64,000 nucleotides of DNA, taken from positions 84,942,001 to 85,006,000 of the forward strand of contig OZ076409.1 of NCBI GenBank assembly GCA_964187785.1, written 5' to 3'. Shown here piece after piece: positions 38,057 through 50,559 of the stretch (its first letter is position 1; every line of letters begins with the position of its first letter). The stretch comes from Amphiscolops sp. MND2022 (taxonomy: Eukaryota). The notes under the pieces are model-generated. The model ran no database searches. It worked only from the letters and a program-made list of their open reading frames with translations, and was not told the origin of the DNA. The translations under genes and the position numbers were made by a program.

Positions 38057-39140
38057 TGTGATAGTCCTCTTAATCGGATTCTTCGTTTGAAACTATCGTT
38101 ACATCTACGTCTGATTCGTTTTGCAATAAAGGTTTTGCAGGATGTTTTAGGTCTTTCATTTTTGAAGCTCCTAGAGGAAAATCGTCGTTTTCAGAATCTG
38201 AGATCTCGTTGTTAGATGCGTGAACTCCCATAGATTTATTTAGTTTTGAATCCTGAAGGTTGTGAATCATGTATTTCGTTAACATCTCATCTTGGGTTTG
38301 TTACTGTCGAAATACTTTTGGTAGACTTGATCTCTTTTAGAACTACTTCAAGTTTTTTGTCCATCTCCTCTCTCATCTTTTCTATCCTATGACTGTTTTT
38401 TTGTTCCATTATTTGGGTCCAAGCTTGGATTTCGTTACTGTTTTGAGTGGATTCGGTCAATTGATTTTCTGAGTTGTTCTCACCTAAATTTTCTTGAGCC
38501 ACCTTATTAATATTAGTTAACGTTCCGTTACCTGTGTTAGACATTTCTACTTGAGTTACTCCTACTTCTCTATCTGGAGACAGTGTCTGAAGTCTTCTGG
38601 ACCTTCGATTCCTCCTATTTCCCATCTCACTCAAATGAAAAACGTATTTTGGTTGTTGGGGAAGAATTTGAATTACATCAAAGTATCTTAGATCCAAAAG
38701 CAGGTGATGAAAACAGAGCAATTATTGAGAGAAATTGCTCGTACAACGTTGTCAGAAAGGTAGATTTAGCAACTGATTGCGGTGGGGGTTGAAAATTGAT
38801 TGATCTCAAAGTTATAATCACTCTACTTCTGGAAAACTTAAAGCATGAAACTCCTTTTTAGAGAAGTCATGGGAAACAAGGATACAAAAACAGAATAACA
38901 TCATCATTACGTCAGGAAAATTACATCACGCACAAAGTTGAAGAATTGGTCCTAGGAACCCTAGCAAAACATCACAAAATGCAATACAGCGTGCGGTTAC
39001 AAATACAATTCACACGTATAATGGCAACGTCTATTTTGAAAGGTTAATAGCCTGAAAACGCATACTGACGGGTATACGTCACTTGTCGAACCACAGGGTT
39101 GGTGCCGTATAGTGTTATTCAGCATAGTGACGAGTAATAG
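38057..39140 (-). repeat. Truncated 3' LTR copy (duplicated unit 2)
   Basis: Homologous to 46754-47835. Carries the MGNRRNRRSRRL ORF. Not followed by a PBS. Confidence 0.9.
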
Positions 39141-40162
39141 AAGGGGAAACCCCATTGTACTGTGCGAATTGGAAATGTAGGCTCTTGGAATCTGTCAAGT
39201 CCCCCTCTTGGAGGTAGTTGTATTATCAATGGAGTCATGTTCCCGACAGTGAGATCATTTTGCCCCTTCATAACTTGGCATGACGGGGACATTCGCAGTA
39301 TCCACAATTCGCAGTTGATGTAAGGTAGAATTCCAGTCATCTTGCACATTTTCTTAATGCGGGTGAAACGCTGAGACCTCCGGATTGTAGTTCGAAGAGT
39401 AAGTGGTTAGCACTCTACTAACTTATACTAACTTCGTTTGTCTGGTTGCCATTCCTACATGGAGTGGGGAGGGTTGCAGCAGTTGGGCGACCATAACTAT
39501 TTACCAGTGTAAAGCTAATCATGGCTGTGTCAGGGCCATCAGGGGATTCACTTGCCCTTCGAATTCGCTATCCATAAATGATGTGCGCGAAGCAAGACTA
39601 GGGATACGGTTCCCTTCGATTAGCTCCATTAACTCCTGCTCAATGCCTGTTCCTGCAGTATCAATTGTGCCATCTTGGGGAATGGTGACACTATCAGCCG
39701 GGAAAAACATGGCCGTCACAGCTCCCTTGAAAGTCGTCATGGCGTCGTGAGCTGCAGTTTTGACACTGAACCTTTCTTCTATCTGAGGGACGTTCCCAGG
39801 TTCGACCAAGACTTATTTTCAGAATAGATCGATATATCTATCAGATTTGGTGATAGTGGAGTGTACAAAGAGTTTTCTTCCAGATTAAACTGCAGACTAT
39901 TCATTGTTTCGGATTATGAAGATGTTATGGTTTGAGGTTTATCTTGTTGACTAGAGGAAAATTTTATTATCTTAAGCGACTGGATTGTAGATTGATAAAG
40001 ACCATACAGTGTTGAGTCTTCAAGTTTCTTCCGTTTAGCAGTAAAAATTATTCAGTGTCATGGTTTGTTCTCCTCAGTTCCCCTATAAGTGTTATCAGTG
40101 GTTACTGATCACAAGTTCTGTCGACGCTGAACTAAAACCAATTTCCTTTTTAGTTGTTCCAT
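39141..40162 (-). pseudogene. Possible second accessory ORF of the Gypsy family (sense orientation), degenerate, unknown product
   Basis: Protein-like fragments in series (MEQLKRKL..., ENSLYTPLSPNLIDI, KTAAHDAMTTFKGAVTAMFFP..., MCKMTGILPYINCELWILR...) with stops and frameshifts. Truncated at the LTR junction. Confidence 0.4.
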
Positions 40163-40689
40163 CTTTTTTCACCTGATTCCCACAGCCCGGCGTTCTTTCC
40201 AGTGTTCCAAATAAAATTTACACGATACGTAAACAAAATTTATCCTAACTTCAGAGCAAAGGAACGAAATGAGATGTATGAAATTTTTTATCAAAATACT
40301 AAAGGAAAAATTTAAAGTATCAAAAACAGTTTCACTTCAGTTTGTGCCAATGTTACAACAGTTTCAGCTGTAGGGGCATTTGTTTTGTTTTGGTCCCACA
40401 CCACATTTAAACACTTCTTTCATGTAGAAGTATCATTAAACTGAGATTTAGTTTGTTCTAATGAGACCAATTGTAAAATAAAAAAAGCTTGACACGTTTT
40501 TGGGCGGCTTATCGTCGACAACTTGGGTTTTACTTAGGAAGAACAACAAGCACATGTGTTGTATATAAACAAAATCAGGCGTCGTTTTTTGTTAATGAAT
40601 GTTTAGTTTCTCTAGTTTTATTACGTAAGATTGTTTCATTCATTCATTTCCAATCACTGGTAGTTTTTCTCCATCTCTTTGACTGCATA

Positions 40690-40915
40690 TAGTGAAAACC
40701 GCAGGATGCCGAGTATGCATCATCAATCGATCCGCATACTGCCGCATAGTCTTCACCTGCAAATCCGCATACTGCCGCATTCTCGACAGTAGTCATTCCG
40801 CATACTGCCGCGTTCTCGACATTAGTCATTCCGCATGCTGCCGCGTAATCTTTATCTGCAAATCCGCATAATGCCACATACTCGGCACTAGTTAATCCGT
40901 ATGATGCCGCATACT
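40690..40915. repeat. Degenerate 27-bp tandem array, core TCCGCATACTGCCGC
   Basis: About 8 units, seen as AAVCG-type repeats in ORF 40644-40937. Related to the LTR and intron motif. Confidence 0.85.
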
Positions 40916-41344
40916 CTTGTGTATTAAATCGTCCCATTTTGCTTCATGTTATTATATTCGCGTGTATTCTTTCTTTCAAGGTTGCGATGGATCAATCAAT
41001 CACACTGGCAGACGTGATTGACGTTCAATCAGCCAATCAGATTTCAGCTTGTCCTTCGTACATTTGCGCGCCATTGTCTCATTTGCGTTTTGCCTCGTAC
41101 TTATACGCCACGCTCTCTTGTTTCATTTCTATTAACAATCTAATCTTTGTTAGGTGAAATTTTCAGCGAAACGTTCAAAAGTTCCAGTTTCTACAATTTC
41201 AATTTTCCTTTATCTCTCCCATTCACGATTACCCTATCGTCACTAATTCTTTACCCGCTGTTCCATATTATTTCAGCATTGCGTCTTTGTTATCTTTATC
41301 ACCTGTTGTCGAAATATTATTTATTTTCTGTTTGTTCTTTGAAA

Positions 41345-44300
41345 ATGGAACCCCTCCAGCGAACAAGTTCTTCTGAGATAAGATGTATTCGTAAAGACCA
41401 CCTCCCACAGCATCGCGATGATTTTTGGAGTTGTGATTTACCGCCTGAGCCTTCATCCCGTAAGTTCAACACATTTCAATTCAATTTAAGTTTGTTCAGT
41501 TCCGTTTGGAGAATTTGTGGTTTTTGCGAAGCTAGCCAGGCTTGCAATCTTAAAAAGACTAGATTAGTGTCCTGGTCAGATTCGAGATTTTTCGAAGCGT
41601 TTCAACTTCTAACTTCTAAGCGATTTCAGTTCTTCTTTAATTTCCTGTCCCCGCATCCGGTTTCAGTTGATTTCAAACGGAATTCCCTTGTAAGATCCAT
41701 TTCCTTTTCACATCGGTAAAAGATCGATTGCTTTAGTTGAACGAGGTTCAGCTCAACTTACTCCTTCCAGTTCGCCTACGAAGATCTACACTCCGCTGCA
41801 AGTGGCGTCACAGCGGGCCTTGGGGCATTCTGTTGAGACAGGTTCACCGAATATTCCCCCTTGCAAGTAGATGAAGGAATACCAGTTGAAACTTCCCATC
41901 ATTTTACCCCTGATGAAGTCCCTGATACAAATCTTAATGCAAATTAGTGGCGGGGTAAGGATCCATCTACCAAATCGGTTCCGAGTTCTCCAACAACTAC
42001 TACATCTGTGAAAACTATGGATAAACCATTCGGTGGTTTTTCTCGGGAGATGCTCAAGGAGTTTCCACCTCAGGGCAAGTCGCACGTTTCATCAACTCAA
42101 TTCAGTCAGTTTAATCCTCAAGCTGATGACACTGATGCTGTTACCCCAGTTTCCCCCTTGATTGGTGTAGACGCCCCATTGGATACAGAAAACAAGGGGA
42201 TACAAGAGGTCATTCAAGCTGCTCCAGAGGATTCTGCTTACACAGATGCTCCCGAGTCTCAACAAAACTAGACAAGAGGTTTTGTCAAACATCCTAGGAC
42301 GAATCCCGCAGGCCTTCATTACTGGAGAGGAGATTGTTTTTCGTCAAACTATTGGTCTCACTATAGTGGATGAGTTTACACCTGCAACCATGATGGCAAC
42401 ATCTAGACAAGAAGAAGTAGCCGCACATACAGGCTCCGGGGCGATTCTACAGAAAATGGGACAAGACACCACTTTAGCCCGGGGAAAACGACGGAAAGCA
42501 AAGTATTCTTTCGCTGGACGCATGCTTAAAAAGCACCCTGTCCTGAAGTTCTCCGCCACAGGACCACTGGACAAAGACAAATCTCCTTTAAAATGGTGGA
42601 GTAGGGTTTGCAGAGTGGAACTTTCGCTCATGAAGCGAGGAAGTCTTGAGTTGATCTCAAATTATAGCCCGGGATGTCACTTTTTGACAAAAACCAATCA
42701 GAATTACTGGGAGTTGCCTTGCAGGAGGCAAAGAAGAAAGCAAAGGAAACCTATCAAATTTCTCCCCTACTTGATTCTTACCGACCACTTGTGGGTCAAG
42801 AGTCTGTACCGGACTTCAGCGTTGCTACCAGCCCCACTGATAAGGTACTTTCTCAGATCAACATACTTCAGGTCGGTTTGAGACACGGAGGGAACATTTG
42901 TTGCCTGTCAGGTATGTATGACGAACTTATGCGTTTGACATATAGTGATCAGTTGTCAGTACAGAACTGGAGCCCCGAACGCTTTTTGTAAGTTTCACAC
43001 TCCTTTATTAGGTATTTCATGTATCAATAAAAACGTTTATACCGACGCCATCGTCTTTGGTTACTTGGTACATCAAAGTTTCTTTTGCTTTACAGGGCAT
43101 CCTGAACTATATGTTCCGAGAACTGGTCGACTACTGCGTCTCGATGAATACTTCTTTGGGGTATTACTCACTTGCGATGCACCACACTAACACAGCATCC
43201 TGTGTTATGCTCTGCTTCTGGGCTGGGAATGTCTATCATCGCATTTGTCTTGGCGGAGCCCCTCGAGGAATGTTACTTTCACGAAAAACCCTCACCATGA
43301 TTGCATCTTTCCTCTGTCTTTTTGAGTCGTTTCCAATTTGTGTGTCCCTCATCGACTTTGGAGACAAACTCAGTGATAGCCTATTTCCTCTTTGCCTGGA
43401 GCAAGTGTGCCGACAGTGATTCACACATTGGGAGCCAGTGAGCTTGAACGCAGTCTGGCTATCCCAACTGTCCAGATAATCGAGCGACACGATTATAGAA
43501 TTATACTGGGCTTCCTGATAATGAAACTTAGAGCAGCCTTAGACTGCGATTGGATGCAAAATTTACCACTCTTGCATAACGTTAGGACTCATTCCCAAAC
43601 CATTTTGTTCATATACCTGAGACTCCTTTCTCCTCACTTTCAGTTTTGAGTGTGTATCTCAGCTGGAATATTCTCTTACCGAGGCTTCAGACCTTACAGA
43701 GATCCTGTCTAGTAACAGGAACCATGTCCGTGAACATTTAAATCAGGTCACCCTGCCCCGCCTTATCGCTTCCACATGGGAGAGGTTATTATTACTATGT
43801 TTATTTTATTCTCGGCCAAAGTTCAGGGCTTATTTTCTCGATTTTTTTTCTTTAGCCAAACGCTAGAAGAAAGTTTTCGCCTAGACACGTTTTAATTTGA
43901 TGTTTCGTTGTACTGTCGTTGTTTTCGATTTGTCTGGCAAAAAACAATATGTGCTCATCGACATAAAGACACTCCAGTCTGTTCCGCATAGTGACATATA
44001 ATCGAGACGCCATGATTCGCATAATGGTGTATAGTGTTCCTTTGTTAAGTTCGCGTAAGTTCGCGTAATCACATGTAGCCGCCGAACCTTGCTAATTCCG
44101 CACTGTGACGTGTAGTCGCCCTATCTTGTTTATTCCTAATAATGACGTATAGTCGACACGTCTTGAAACGCATAATGACGTTTATTTCTCGAGATACTTC
44201 ATGTCAAAATAGGAAATAAACATTATTTTCTCACGTGTTGTGTTAAGCGATTACATTCAACGTTTAGTAACCATCCATGTTTTCTTCAATTCTTTTTTTA

Positions 44301-45430
44301 CAACCGGTTTCAAGTTCATTTATTCGTTTCAGACAATTCAGCTTTCAAAGAAAATCAGAAACAAATAGAAGGTGGTTTCCCTTTATTGAACCAATTTACG
44401 GTCTTCACTTACAGCCAATTGCAAAGCTTTTTGCCAGATGGCGTTTTGGGAAACATCTCAGACTGGGACAACTTCCTTAGTCTGGATTTGAATTCAACTG
44501 CCCTACCAAATATGACGGCAGATGCGTTTAAGCTTAACGAGGATTTTCACCGATTAGTTCTCGCCAGCGAACTGCCCCGACAAAGTAAAGTTGTGGATCA
44601 TTCCATCAGTTTCGGCAAAGGTTTCTGCAAACAGTTGTTTGCCCACGGTTTTGTTCAATCCGACATGCTTAGAGGGTTATCAGCCTTCGGCTCGGCCGTA
44701 ATTTTTGAAAACCCTGAAGACCTTTACGTTATTGCTATTGAGAAGTTAACATCCGATTTCGTGTCTGTTGGATTACTCTCCCCTAGTGAAAAGTGAAGGC
44801 TGTCGGTCACTTTTATCAAAGTTGCGTGTTGGGACTGATCCTGAATGCAGCATTCGGATTCATTCTGTGGCTCCTCATTATGAAATTCAATGTCGGCCGG
44901 AGTTATTCCGGTTATTCAAGCATTCCTGCTTATGTTTAGCTCCACTTGTGGAACTACCAGCTTCGTTTGTAGTGCCTATAACTAACCTGGAGTCTGATAA
45001 ATATCTGTTCCAGTCCTGTAAAAGAGTTTCCAGGTTTATTACCAGACAGTGCTACATGTTTCAAGCCTCTTCAGAGACCCGAAAGTCATTAGGCAAATTT
45101 TCCGTTTGCTAGGGCGAGGAGCAGTCTTGGTATCCGACAAAAAAATTCTCTGTGTGGAATTTTTTAAAGGGAAGTAATTCTAGAAGATCAGCCCTAATAG
45201 GGAAGTTGGAGACTGTGTATAGAAAGGCTGTTCTGCGTCATGATAAGCCATCTGTATCTTCCAGTACTACGACCCCAAGCGTGAGCCGATCCAGCAGAGT
45301 GAATAGCAGTCCCTCCCCGGATACCTCATTGAGTCGGGCCAGCATTTCGTTGAATCGGTTTTCGAGTGGAGTTCCTGAAGCTGTCTCAAAGAAATTAAAT
45401 ACTAAGAGTTCCAAGAGCAAGAAGAACTAT
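41345..45430 (+). pseudogene. Antisense spliced accessory gene of Gypsy copy B (exons ...-42987, 43096-43580, 43651-43784, 43856-~43930, 44333-45430; 5' start uncertain)
   Basis: GT/AG sites at positions equivalent to copy A. S/P/T-rich N-terminus, KWWSRVCRVELSL (BED-finger-like), LRGLSAF, CRPELFRLFKHSCLCL, C-terminal SKSKKN. Multiple frameshifts. Confidence 0.8.
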
Positions 45431-45622
45431 CTGTTGACTGCATTTTGTAACTTTACTTCTATTTTCTTCTTTTGTTTTGCTTGTGTTGTAAACCGCTACA
45501 TCCTCGTATTTATTCGGATGGGAAGCGGGCATTTAGTAGAAAAGAGCGAGGAAAAATAGATCGCACTAAAGTGCGAATAGAAAAAGGAGAAAAAGAGAAA
45601 ATTTTCCTCTGTACGTCTTTTC

Positions 45623-46610
45623 TTAGTATCTGTAAGAGCCAGAGTAATTTGGGTAGGGGTTAGGGCGTAAGTTGTATTTTTCACCACGGGTATGTATGGG
45701 TTCTTCTTGCAATGGGGAGTCTTGCGAGTTGTCTGGGTTTTTTTTGGGTTTGTGTGTCCGGTGTATTTTCTTTTGGGGTCTTTTGAGAAACTTCCGTTTC
45801 ATTACTGTGAATTTCTTGCGGTTTTCTTTTTTGTTTTCTTCTTCACGTTCAGTGGTTTGTTCCACAGGACTCCACTCACTGTTTTGTGAACTTTCGAGGG
45901 AGGGTGGGTAGTTTATTTCGGGTACTGAAATGGGTAGGTTTTCAATGTCTTCTGCCATTTGTGAATACACTGCGGGGTTATCCGCAACTGGGTTAGGACC
46001 AAAATTTGTATTCCAAGATTGGGCTTAAAAATCATCATGCTCTATGGGCATTTCATCGTGTTTTTGCCAATCTGTTTCTCGAACAAAAATGTCTGCTAAT
46101 GGGATTTGCGGTAGGAATTTCCGGAAACGAATGTAGTAATTGTGTCTTATTGGTTCCAAGCGTTCTAACTACATAGTTATTCTTAGGAAGCACTTTTTCG
46201 ACTTTATATGGATCTTGCCATCTAAATTCCCGATAAGGTATTTTTGTTGCCTGTGTATCTGCTTTCGGTTTTATAGAGTAAGATATTTTATATATAGATT
46301 TAAGATATAACAATAGTCCGTTGTTTCGAGTGGAGATGATTTTGCTTTCCTTTCATAATAGGCTTTGTATTCGCAATATGATTACATTATGTTCTTTTTC
46401 GTTTGATCGAGAAGTACTTTCATGCGTCTCTGTACTTCTTCTGCGACGTCTGTTTGTGGTAGGCATTTTGGATTAGGATTGTATCCAAGCTTGTAGTCGA
46501 TTATCTTCTGGGGTATTCTCCCATGAAAAACTCGTGAAGGTTCACAACCTAATGATTCATGATAGGTTGTGTTATGATTTAGAACTGCCAGCGGGAGAAA
46601 TTTATGCCAA
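45623..46610 (-). pseudogene. Gypsy integrase C-terminal remnant
   Basis: NWHKFLPLAVLNHN, KADTQATKIPYREFRWQDPYKVEKVLP and TRGEKYNLRPNPYPNYSGSYRY are homologous to 16150-17113. Confidence 0.93.
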
Positions 46611-47320
46611 TTGTGGGGAGTTTTTGTTCGCCAGTTTTACTATTGCGAGTGCAATCTGGTTAACTGGATCAAGTGGTTCTGCGTGGGATCCTATTGTGTC
46701 GTTCAGTTTTTGTGAACTTTGTCTATGGAGTTGTCGGTTGGCTCCTGTCACCACGTGATAATCCTCTTCATCGGATTCTTCGTTTGAAATCATCGTTACA
46801 TCTGCGCCTGATTTGTTTTGGAATAAACGTTTTGCAGGATGTTTTACGTCATTCATTTTTGAAGCTCTATGAGGAAAATCGTCGTTTTCAGAACCTGAAT
46901 TCTCGTTGTTAGATGCGTGAACTCCCATGGATTTATATATTTTGGATCCCGAAGTTGTGAATCTTGTTTTTTGTAAACATCTCATCTGGAGTTTGGTACT
47001 GGCGAAATACTTTCGTTAGACTTGATCTCTTTTAGAAGTATTTCAAGTTTATTGTCCATCTCCTCTCTCATCTTTTCTATCCTATCACCGTTTTTCTGTT
47101 AAATTATTTGGGTCCAAGCTTGGATTTTGTTACTGATTTGAGTGGATTCGGTCAATTGATTTTCTGAGTTGTTCTCACCTATATTTTCTTCAGTCACATT
47201 ATTAATTTTAGTTAAAGTTCCATTACCAGTGTTAGGCGTTTTTACTTGAGTTAATTCTACTTTTCTATCTGGAGACGGTGTCTCAAGTCTTCTGGACCTT
47301 CGGTTCTTCTTGTTTCCCAT
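46611..47320 (-). pseudogene. Gypsy gag N-terminal remnant
   Basis: MGNKKNRRSRRLETPSP...EDYHVVTGANRQLHRQ...LANKNSPQ, fused by deletion to the integrase remnant. Confidence 0.9.
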
Positions 47321-48289
47321 CTCACTCAAGTAAAAAATTCATTTTGGTTGTTGGGGAGGACTTTGAATTACACCAAAGTATCTTTGATCCAAAAGAAGGT
47401 GATGAAAACAGAGCTATTATTGAGAGAAATCGCTTGTACAACGTTGTCAGAAAGGTAGATTTAGCAACTGATTGCTGTGTGAGTTGAAAATTGAATGACT
47501 CAAAATTATGATTACTCTACTTTTGGAAAACTAAATGCATGGCACTCCTTTTTAGAGGAGTCATGGGAAACAAGTATACAAAATAGAGTAACATCATCAT
47601 TACGTCAGGATATCTATATAACGCACAAAATTGAAGAATATGTCCTAGAAACCCTGGAAAAACTATAAACCCACGAATTGCTATACAGCGTGCAGTTACA
47701 AATACAATTCAAATGTATAATGGCGCGTTCTATTTTGAATGGTTATTAAGCTGAAAACGCATACTGACGTGTATACGTCACTTGTCGAACTGCAGGGTGC
47801 CGTTTAGTGTTACTCCGCATAGTGACGAGTAATAGTCATGCATCAATCCGCAGGATGTCGCATAGTGCAAATCCAATGAACGTATAATTGTGAGTATACG
47901 GCAAAGCTCCAACCCCCATAATACCGCATAGTAATTAACGCAAATGACCATTTAACGATGTCATATTCAGAAAATAGTATTAATACCCAATCAATTAGTC
48001 ATTTGATGGACTCTTTGAGTGAAAAGACTCAAGTTTTGACCTAATCTAGACCCTCTGTTTATGTTTAAAACAAATTCATTCTAAAGGAATTGTTTAAAAT
48101 ATTTACATGACTTCTTTAAACAACAAATCAAACACATCATCATCAAAAAGTGTTTGCATAAGTTTTCACGTGTAAATTGGATGATTGATGTTTCTTATTC
48201 ACAGTTTTAGGAACTGGGGTACATGCTATCCTTACTTGTCTTCAATCGTTGATGCACTCCGGGTCCAGCACAGCTGCTAGGCTAAGACA
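46754..48289 (-). repeat. 5' LTR of Gypsy copy B (~1.54 kb)
   Basis: Followed on the minus strand by PBS TGGTGACAGGAGC. The outer end ...GCTAAGACA aligns loosely with the start of the copy A LTR. Confidence 0.8.
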
Positions 48290-48780
48290 CCCTCACTTGT
48301 AAATTGTTTTCTCAATATGCATAGCTTACAGCTGCAATAGATTGTCTTTAAGATGCCAATGGTCAAGGAGACAACCCAACATAATCACCATACCATTATC
48401 ATGGGATGAAGAAAATATGAAAACCGATGAATTCTAGATTAAAAACTTAGATGACAACCTTCTGAGAACAATTGATTACTGAATCCGCTTAGCGTTCTTT
48501 AGGGATTTACTTAGCCTACGAGATAGATAGTACCAATCTTGAATAAACACAAACTGACTGCAGTGTCACAGAGACTCTTCTTTCAGATTCACTTCGAAAA
48601 AATGTCGCATCGTTTGTGGTTGCTGAAATTGCATCAAAGTCTGAATAATTGTTTCATAGCTTTCGCTAATTCCCTGTGAGTAACTTTGCTATCCAATACG
48701 AAGCAACATGTCCCGGTAACGAACAAGACAATTCAATTGACAAAGAAACACCAATATTGGCAGAACATCAAAGAGTCTTA

Positions 48781-49557
48781 CCCGTACTGAGATCCCATCG
48801 CAGTTCATCGATGGCCATCGCAGTCCCATTGGGTCCATCGATGGCCATCAATGGTCCATCGATGGGCATCGATGAGGTTTTTCTAACGATGATCCCATCG
48901 ATGGGTCATCGATGGACCATCGATGACCCATCGATGGGAATCGAAATTTTCCATTACAAAAATTCGTTCGACTTGGCCATGCTCAAAATTTCAACAGAAC
49001 TCTGACCATTTAAGTTTTTCATTCAGTCTATTCAAACTTTGTTTGGGATTTCGAGGGTGCCCAAATATTTTATTCGGAAATGAAGTTATACATAGTTATC
49101 CATATTATTTACTTTTGTGAAAAACCGGATTCTGTTGATTTTCCGAGGAAAAACCCCAAATTTTTTGATACAAAAAACGTATTTTAGGAGTCAAATTTCT
49201 GCATATTTCAGACCTTTTTTTTCTTACAAGCAGATGGTTCTCTCAGCAATTGAAGCTCGATTCCGTCGCATTTTCATGCGAATAATTGCAATTTTGCCAG
49301 GTTTTTCAACTTTTTCAAACAATTCAAGGGCAAGGCTCCGAAATTAGTGATTTTCAGGCTCGAGAAAGCTTGCTCAGGCTCAAACGGAAATGAGAGTAGG
49401 TTGAAATTAGATATATTTAACCCAAAACTGCTCCACAACTGCCCCCATGCGCTGGGCGATAGTTCAAATCCCATCGATGGTCCATCGATGCCCATCGATG
49501 CCCATCGGAAAAAGTTGCGATAGCCATCGATGGGATTGAATGGAGTCTCAGTACGGG
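48781..49557. mobile_element. MITE / non-autonomous DNA transposon with TA flanks
   Basis: TIR CCCGTACTGAGA / TCTCAGTACGGG, with TA on both sides. Subterminal clusters of palindromic CCATCGATGG at both ends. Confidence 0.85.
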
Positions 49558-50559
49558 TAGTAACACTCAGCACCAGAACTGAAGTGAAAACTGGAAAGAC
49601 AAACTGGAGAAAACTAAAGGACCCACCAGAAGAAATACGAAACCTTAGAATTAGCCCCGACTCTTCAATGAAAAACGACAAAAGTCAGGAATGTGATCGA
49701 GGGAGCAGAAAACCTAACAGAGCAAGAGATGCATATCGTAGGAGGCAAAACGATTATAAAGTGGAAAAGTGATTACAAGTTTCAAAGCGCAAGGATACAG
49801 CCTCAAGTTTTGGTTGTATTTCTGAAGTGATGAAAAAGCCATTTTTGTTTTTTTTTGAGTTTTTTGTGTACTTTGAGAAATATCGTCACCTTCCTAAATT
49901 TGCTAAAGAGGTAAGTTATGTGTCTCCTATAAACGTTCCTACCTACCTAAAAGTTCGAAAAAACGGTTATCACGGTTAAAAATGGAAAAAAGCTGGTACT
50001 TGTGACCTTTTCGGGACCTTTTTTGAAAACAAGACTTCAGTTTGATTTTTCCAGAACGTATTGGATAACTGCCACACATTTTGACTTTTTGGAGTTTTTG
50101 GGTCAGTCCGGAGTCAACCAAGACAGTCCAGAATTTCTACAAAAGAATATCGCACGAAACTTAGCTTATATCTGTTGTATTCTATGGGCGAACTCCTTCA
50201 ATTTGGGTGCCACATTGGAACATGAAATTCTGGGAAAAAACAATAATAAACAAATCAGCGCTATACTTAAGGCTCAAAAAGTGCAAAACTTTTTGGATAT
50301 GCTCGGGACGTTTTGTATGGAAAAAACTTGCAAAAAAGTTTTGAAACACCCATAGGGTGCCTTTCGTGCTCGGAAAAGGTACCGAGTTTCGAACATAGCG
50401 TGCTGGCCACGTGGAAGCGGTTGTTTTCGAGCCTCCGCCTCCTCCTTAGTAAAACGCAATATATTTCGGATATACCATCAAAAATTCAGATGATAGCGCA
50501 ATATTTTCGAAGCTCCACCTCCAAACTTTGCAAATTAATGAAATGAAATTATTGATGGA

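Larger units (their letters stand above)
35605..39794. repeat. Tandem segmental duplication, ~2.09-kb unit x2 (35605-37700, 37703-39794)
   Basis: Offset of 2094 bp (e.g. 35963 vs 38057). Each unit is flank + 3' LTR remnant + internal Gypsy sequence. Confidence 0.95.
35963..48289 (-). mobile_element. Ty3/Gypsy copy B, internally deleted (non-autonomous), 3' end duplicated
   Basis: 5' LTR 48289-46754, PBS, gag start, integrase tail and antisense gene are collinear with copy A. 3' LTR remnants at 35963-37046 and 38057-39140. Flanks CTCTC / CCCTC are a 4/5 TSD match. Confidence 0.75.

Noticed and set aside
40644..40937. 97-aa ORF with AAVCG repeats
   Set aside because: It is the translation of a 27-bp tandem array (a multiple of 3) that is related to non-coding motifs elsewhere in the element.
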